A stretch of DNA of 49,174 bases, taken from NCBI GenBank assembly GCA_017962585.1, contig JAGCVB010000050.1, positions 1-49,174 of the forward strand, given 5' to 3'. This DNA comes from Bacteroidales bacterium. GTDB taxonomy: Bacteria; Bacteroidota; Bacteroidia; Bacteroidales; UBA932. Shown piece after piece: positions 46,927 through 49,174 of the stretch (within the stretch, counting starts at the first letter, position 1; the number at the start of each line of letters is the position of its first letter). A program made the translations under genes and the position numbers. The notes beneath the pieces are model-generated. The model was not told the DNA's origin. It saw only the letters and a list, made by a program, of their open reading frames with translations, and did not search any database.

Positions 46927-47316
46927 ATGAATAAAATCAAGAATCTCGCGGAACTCCGCAAGGTCAAGGAGGGTATGCAGAGCAGGATGTCCATGCGTGA
47001 AAACGCCGACTCCACAGAAGCTATCATCCAGATCAAGGTCGGAATGGCCACCAGCGGTATCGCATCGGGTGCTAAGGAGACTATGAACTATCTCATCACG
47101 GAACTTGACAAACGTCAGATCAAGGCCATCGTGATGCAGGTGGGCGACATGGGCTACAGCTACGCTGAGCCTACAGTCGAAGTCACCATCCCCGGTAAGG
47201 ATCCCGTCGTTTTCGGTGAAGTTAAAATCCCCCGTGCAAAGGAAATCATTGAGAAGTACATCATCGGAGGTGAACTGATCGAGGGAATCCTGCCGGCAAA
47301 CTACAGATCAATCTAA
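46927..47316 (+). CDS. Thioredoxin-like ferredoxin-fold small subunit of a multimeric [FeFe]-hydrogenase (HndB/HydD-like), lacking cysteines
   Basis: M.KIK.L.EL, IKVGMATSGIASGA, VGDMGYSYAEPTVEV, FG.V....A.EII; directly upstream of a NuoF-like gene. Confidence 0.85.
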   Translation: MNKIKNLAELRKVKEGMQSRMSMRENADSTEAIIQIKVGMATSGIASGAKETMNYLITELDKRQIKAIVMQVGDMGYSYAEPTVEVTIPGKDPVVFGEVKIPRAKEIIEKYIIGGELIEGILPANYRSI

Positions 47317-47335
47317 ACCACCCAAAAGAGCGAAT

Positions 47336-49129
47336 ATGGCTGTTAAAATGCATATTTTGGTTTGCGGTGGTACAGGTTGCTCCGCATCCGCCAGCCACGA
47401 GGTCGTTACCGAACTCAACAAGGAACTCGTGGCCCACGACTTGACAGATTTCGCGAAGGTGGTCGTTACCGGCTGCTTCGGATTCTGCGAAAGAGGTCCC
47501 ATTGTCAAGATCATTCCTGACAACACTTTCTATACCAGGGTACAGCCCTCAGATGCAAAGGAAATCATAGAGGAGCACATCATCAAGGGCCGCAAGGTTC
47601 AGCGTCTCCTTTACGTTGCTCCTGACACCAACCAGAGCGTTACTGACTCCAAGCATATGGAGTTCTACAAGAAGCAGCTCCGCATCGCCCTCAGAAACTG
47701 CGGTTTCATCGATCCTGAGAACATCGAGGAATCAATCGCACGCGACGGATACGCAGCTCTCGGAAAGTGTCTTACCGAGATGACTCCCGCACAGGTTATC
47801 GAAGAGATAAAGAAGTCCGGTCTCCGCGGTCGCGGCGGCGCAGGATTCCCTACCGGCCTTAAGTGGGAAATCGCATCCAAGAGCCGCGTCGGCGAGCAGA
47901 AATACGTAGTCTGCAACGCTGACGAAGGTGACCCGGGCGCATTCATGGACCGCTCCCTCCTCGAGGGAGACCCTCACTCCATCCTCGAGGCAATGGCCAT
48001 CTGCGGCTATTGCATCGGTGCAAACAAGGGGCTCATCTACATCCGCGCCGAGTATCCTCTGGCAATCCACCGTCTCCAGGTAGCCATCGCACAGGCTGAG
48101 GAGTACGGCCTTCTTGGCAAGGACATCCTCGGAACAGGATTCGACTTTGAAATTGAGCTTCGTTACGGTGCAGGCGCATTCGTCTGCGGAGAGGAGACCG
48201 CCCTCATCCATTCAATGGAAGGAAAGCGCGGCGAGCCTACTTTCAAACCGCCGTTCCCCGCTCAGTCCGGTTATCTCGAGAAACCTACCAACGTGAACAA
48301 CGTTGAGACCTACGCCAACATCCCTGTCATCATCAACAAGGGAGCTGACTGGTTCTCCAGCATCGGAACAGAGAAGTCAAAGGGTACCAAGGTATTCGCG
48401 CTTGCAGGTAAGATCAACAACGTCGGCCTCATCGAGGTTCCTATGGGTATCACCCTCAGGGAGATCATCTACGAGATCGGCGGAGGAATCAAGGGTGGCA
48501 AGAAGTTCAAGGCCGTCCAGACCGGAGGTCCTTCAGGCGGCTGCCTTACCGAGAAGCACCTTGACACACCTATCGACTACGACAGCCTCGTAGCTGCAGG
48601 TTCAATGATGGGTTCAGGAGGTATGATCGTAATGGACGAGGACGACTGCATGGTTGCCATCGCCAAGTTCTACCTCGGATTCACCGTTGACGAGTCCTGC
48701 GGAAAGTGCACCCCGTGCCGTGTAGGTAACAAGCGTCTCCACGAGATCCTTACCAAGATCACCGACGGAAAGGGAACCATGGAAGATCTTGAGAAACTCA
48801 AGAACCTCTCCAACGTCATCAAGGATACAGCCCTCTGCGGACTTGGACAGACTTCCCCCAACCCGGTTCTCTCAACCATCAACAACTTCTGGGACGAGTA
48901 CGTAGAGCACGTTGTAGAGAAGAAGTGCCGTGCCGGTCAGTGCAAGGCCCTCAAGAAGTACTACATCGATCCTGAGAAGTGTAAAGGATGTACTGCCTGC
49001 GCACGTGCGTGCCCTGTCGGCGCCATCACCGGCACCCTCAAGAACCCTCACGTCATCGATCAGGACAAGTGTATCAAGTGCGGTACCTGCTACGAGAAGT
49101 GCCGCTTTGGAGCTATCAGCATTAAATAA
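47336..49129 (+). CDS. NADH/FMN-binding diaphorase subunit (HydB/HndC/NuoF-like) of an [FeFe]-hydrogenase
   Basis: CGGTGC..GCFGFC [2Fe-2S], SGLRGRGGAGFPTG.KW, CNADEGDPGAFMDR, GAGAFVCGEETAL, GGPSGG, ESCGKCTPCR, two C-terminal CxxCxxCxxxC. Confidence 0.95.
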   Translation: MAVKMHILVCGGTGCSASASHEVVTELNKELVAHDLTDFAKVVVTGCFGFCERGPIVKIIPDNTFYTRVQPSDAKEIIEEHIIKGRKVQRLLYVAPDTNQSVTDSKHMEFYKKQLRIALRNCGFIDPENIEESIARDGYAALGKCLTEMTPAQVIEEIKKSGLRGRGGAGFPTGLKWEIASKSRVGEQKYVVCNADEGDPGAFMDRSLLEGDPHSILEAMAICGYCIGANKGLIYIRAEYPLAIHRLQVAIAQAEEYGLLGKDILGTGFDFEIELRYGAGAFVCGEETALIHSMEGKRGEPTFKPPFPAQSGYLEKPTNVNNVETYANIPVIINKGADWFSSIGTEKSKGTKVFALAGKINNVGLIEVPMGITLREIIYEIGGGIKGGKKFKAVQTGGPSGGCLTEKHLDTPIDYDSLVAAGSMMGSGGMIVMDEDDCMVAIAKFYLGFTVDESCGKCTPCRVGNKRLHEILTKITDGKGTMEDLEKLKNLSNVIKDTALCGLGQTSPNPVLSTINNFWDEYVEHVVEKKCRAGQCKALKKYYIDPEKCKGCTACARACPVGAITGTLKNPHVIDQDKCIKCGTCYEKCRFGAISIK

Positions 49130-49143
49130 GGGAGGAATAATAT

Positions 49144-49174
49144 ATGGATACTATCAAATTGACTATAGACAACA
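49144..49174 (+). CDS. Start of the next subunit, probably catalytic HydA/HndD (truncated by the window edge)
   Basis: ATG GAT ACT ATC AAA TTG ACT ATA GAC AAC = MDTIKLTIDN, a typical N-terminal [2Fe-2S] domain start; directly after the NuoF-like gene. Confidence 0.65.
   Translation, partial: MDTIKLTIDN

Overview
A chromosomal window from a Bacteroidales bacterium (Bacteroidota TAnnTTTG promoters, SusC/SusD pair, Bat operon, DUF4295/bL38). From left to right: the end of an arabinose-glycan PUL (partial discoidin-domain protein, susC, susD, GH51, GH97); truA; a moxR-DUF58-batA-batB-batC operon with batD and batE fused; an AT-richer block of three surface lipoproteins (a 1049-aa acidic protein, a fimbrillin/Fib_succ_major-type protein and a 9x Big_2 protein) followed by an OmpA with a long Ala/Glu/Arg helical linker; an acid phosphatase; ppdK; a stand-alone degenerate PurL-like domain; folC; tRNA-Val(TAC); groES-groEL; a SpoU methyltransferase; glyA; a second GH51; GT2 and DUF4199; thrS-infC-rpmI-rplT-lepB-rpmB-rpmG-bL38; DUF4251; a DjlA-like protein; and the start of a multimeric [FeFe]-hydrogenase operon. 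I see no CRISPR array, transposase, integrase or reverse transcriptase. The most notable items are the surface-protein block, the PurL-like pseudo-enzyme, a cysteine-free hydrogenase small subunit, a sigma54-like site plus terminator-like hairpin ahead of groES, two long perfect palindromic intergenic elements, and a candidate RNA leader before rplT. All family calls come from motif recognition by eye, not from database searches.
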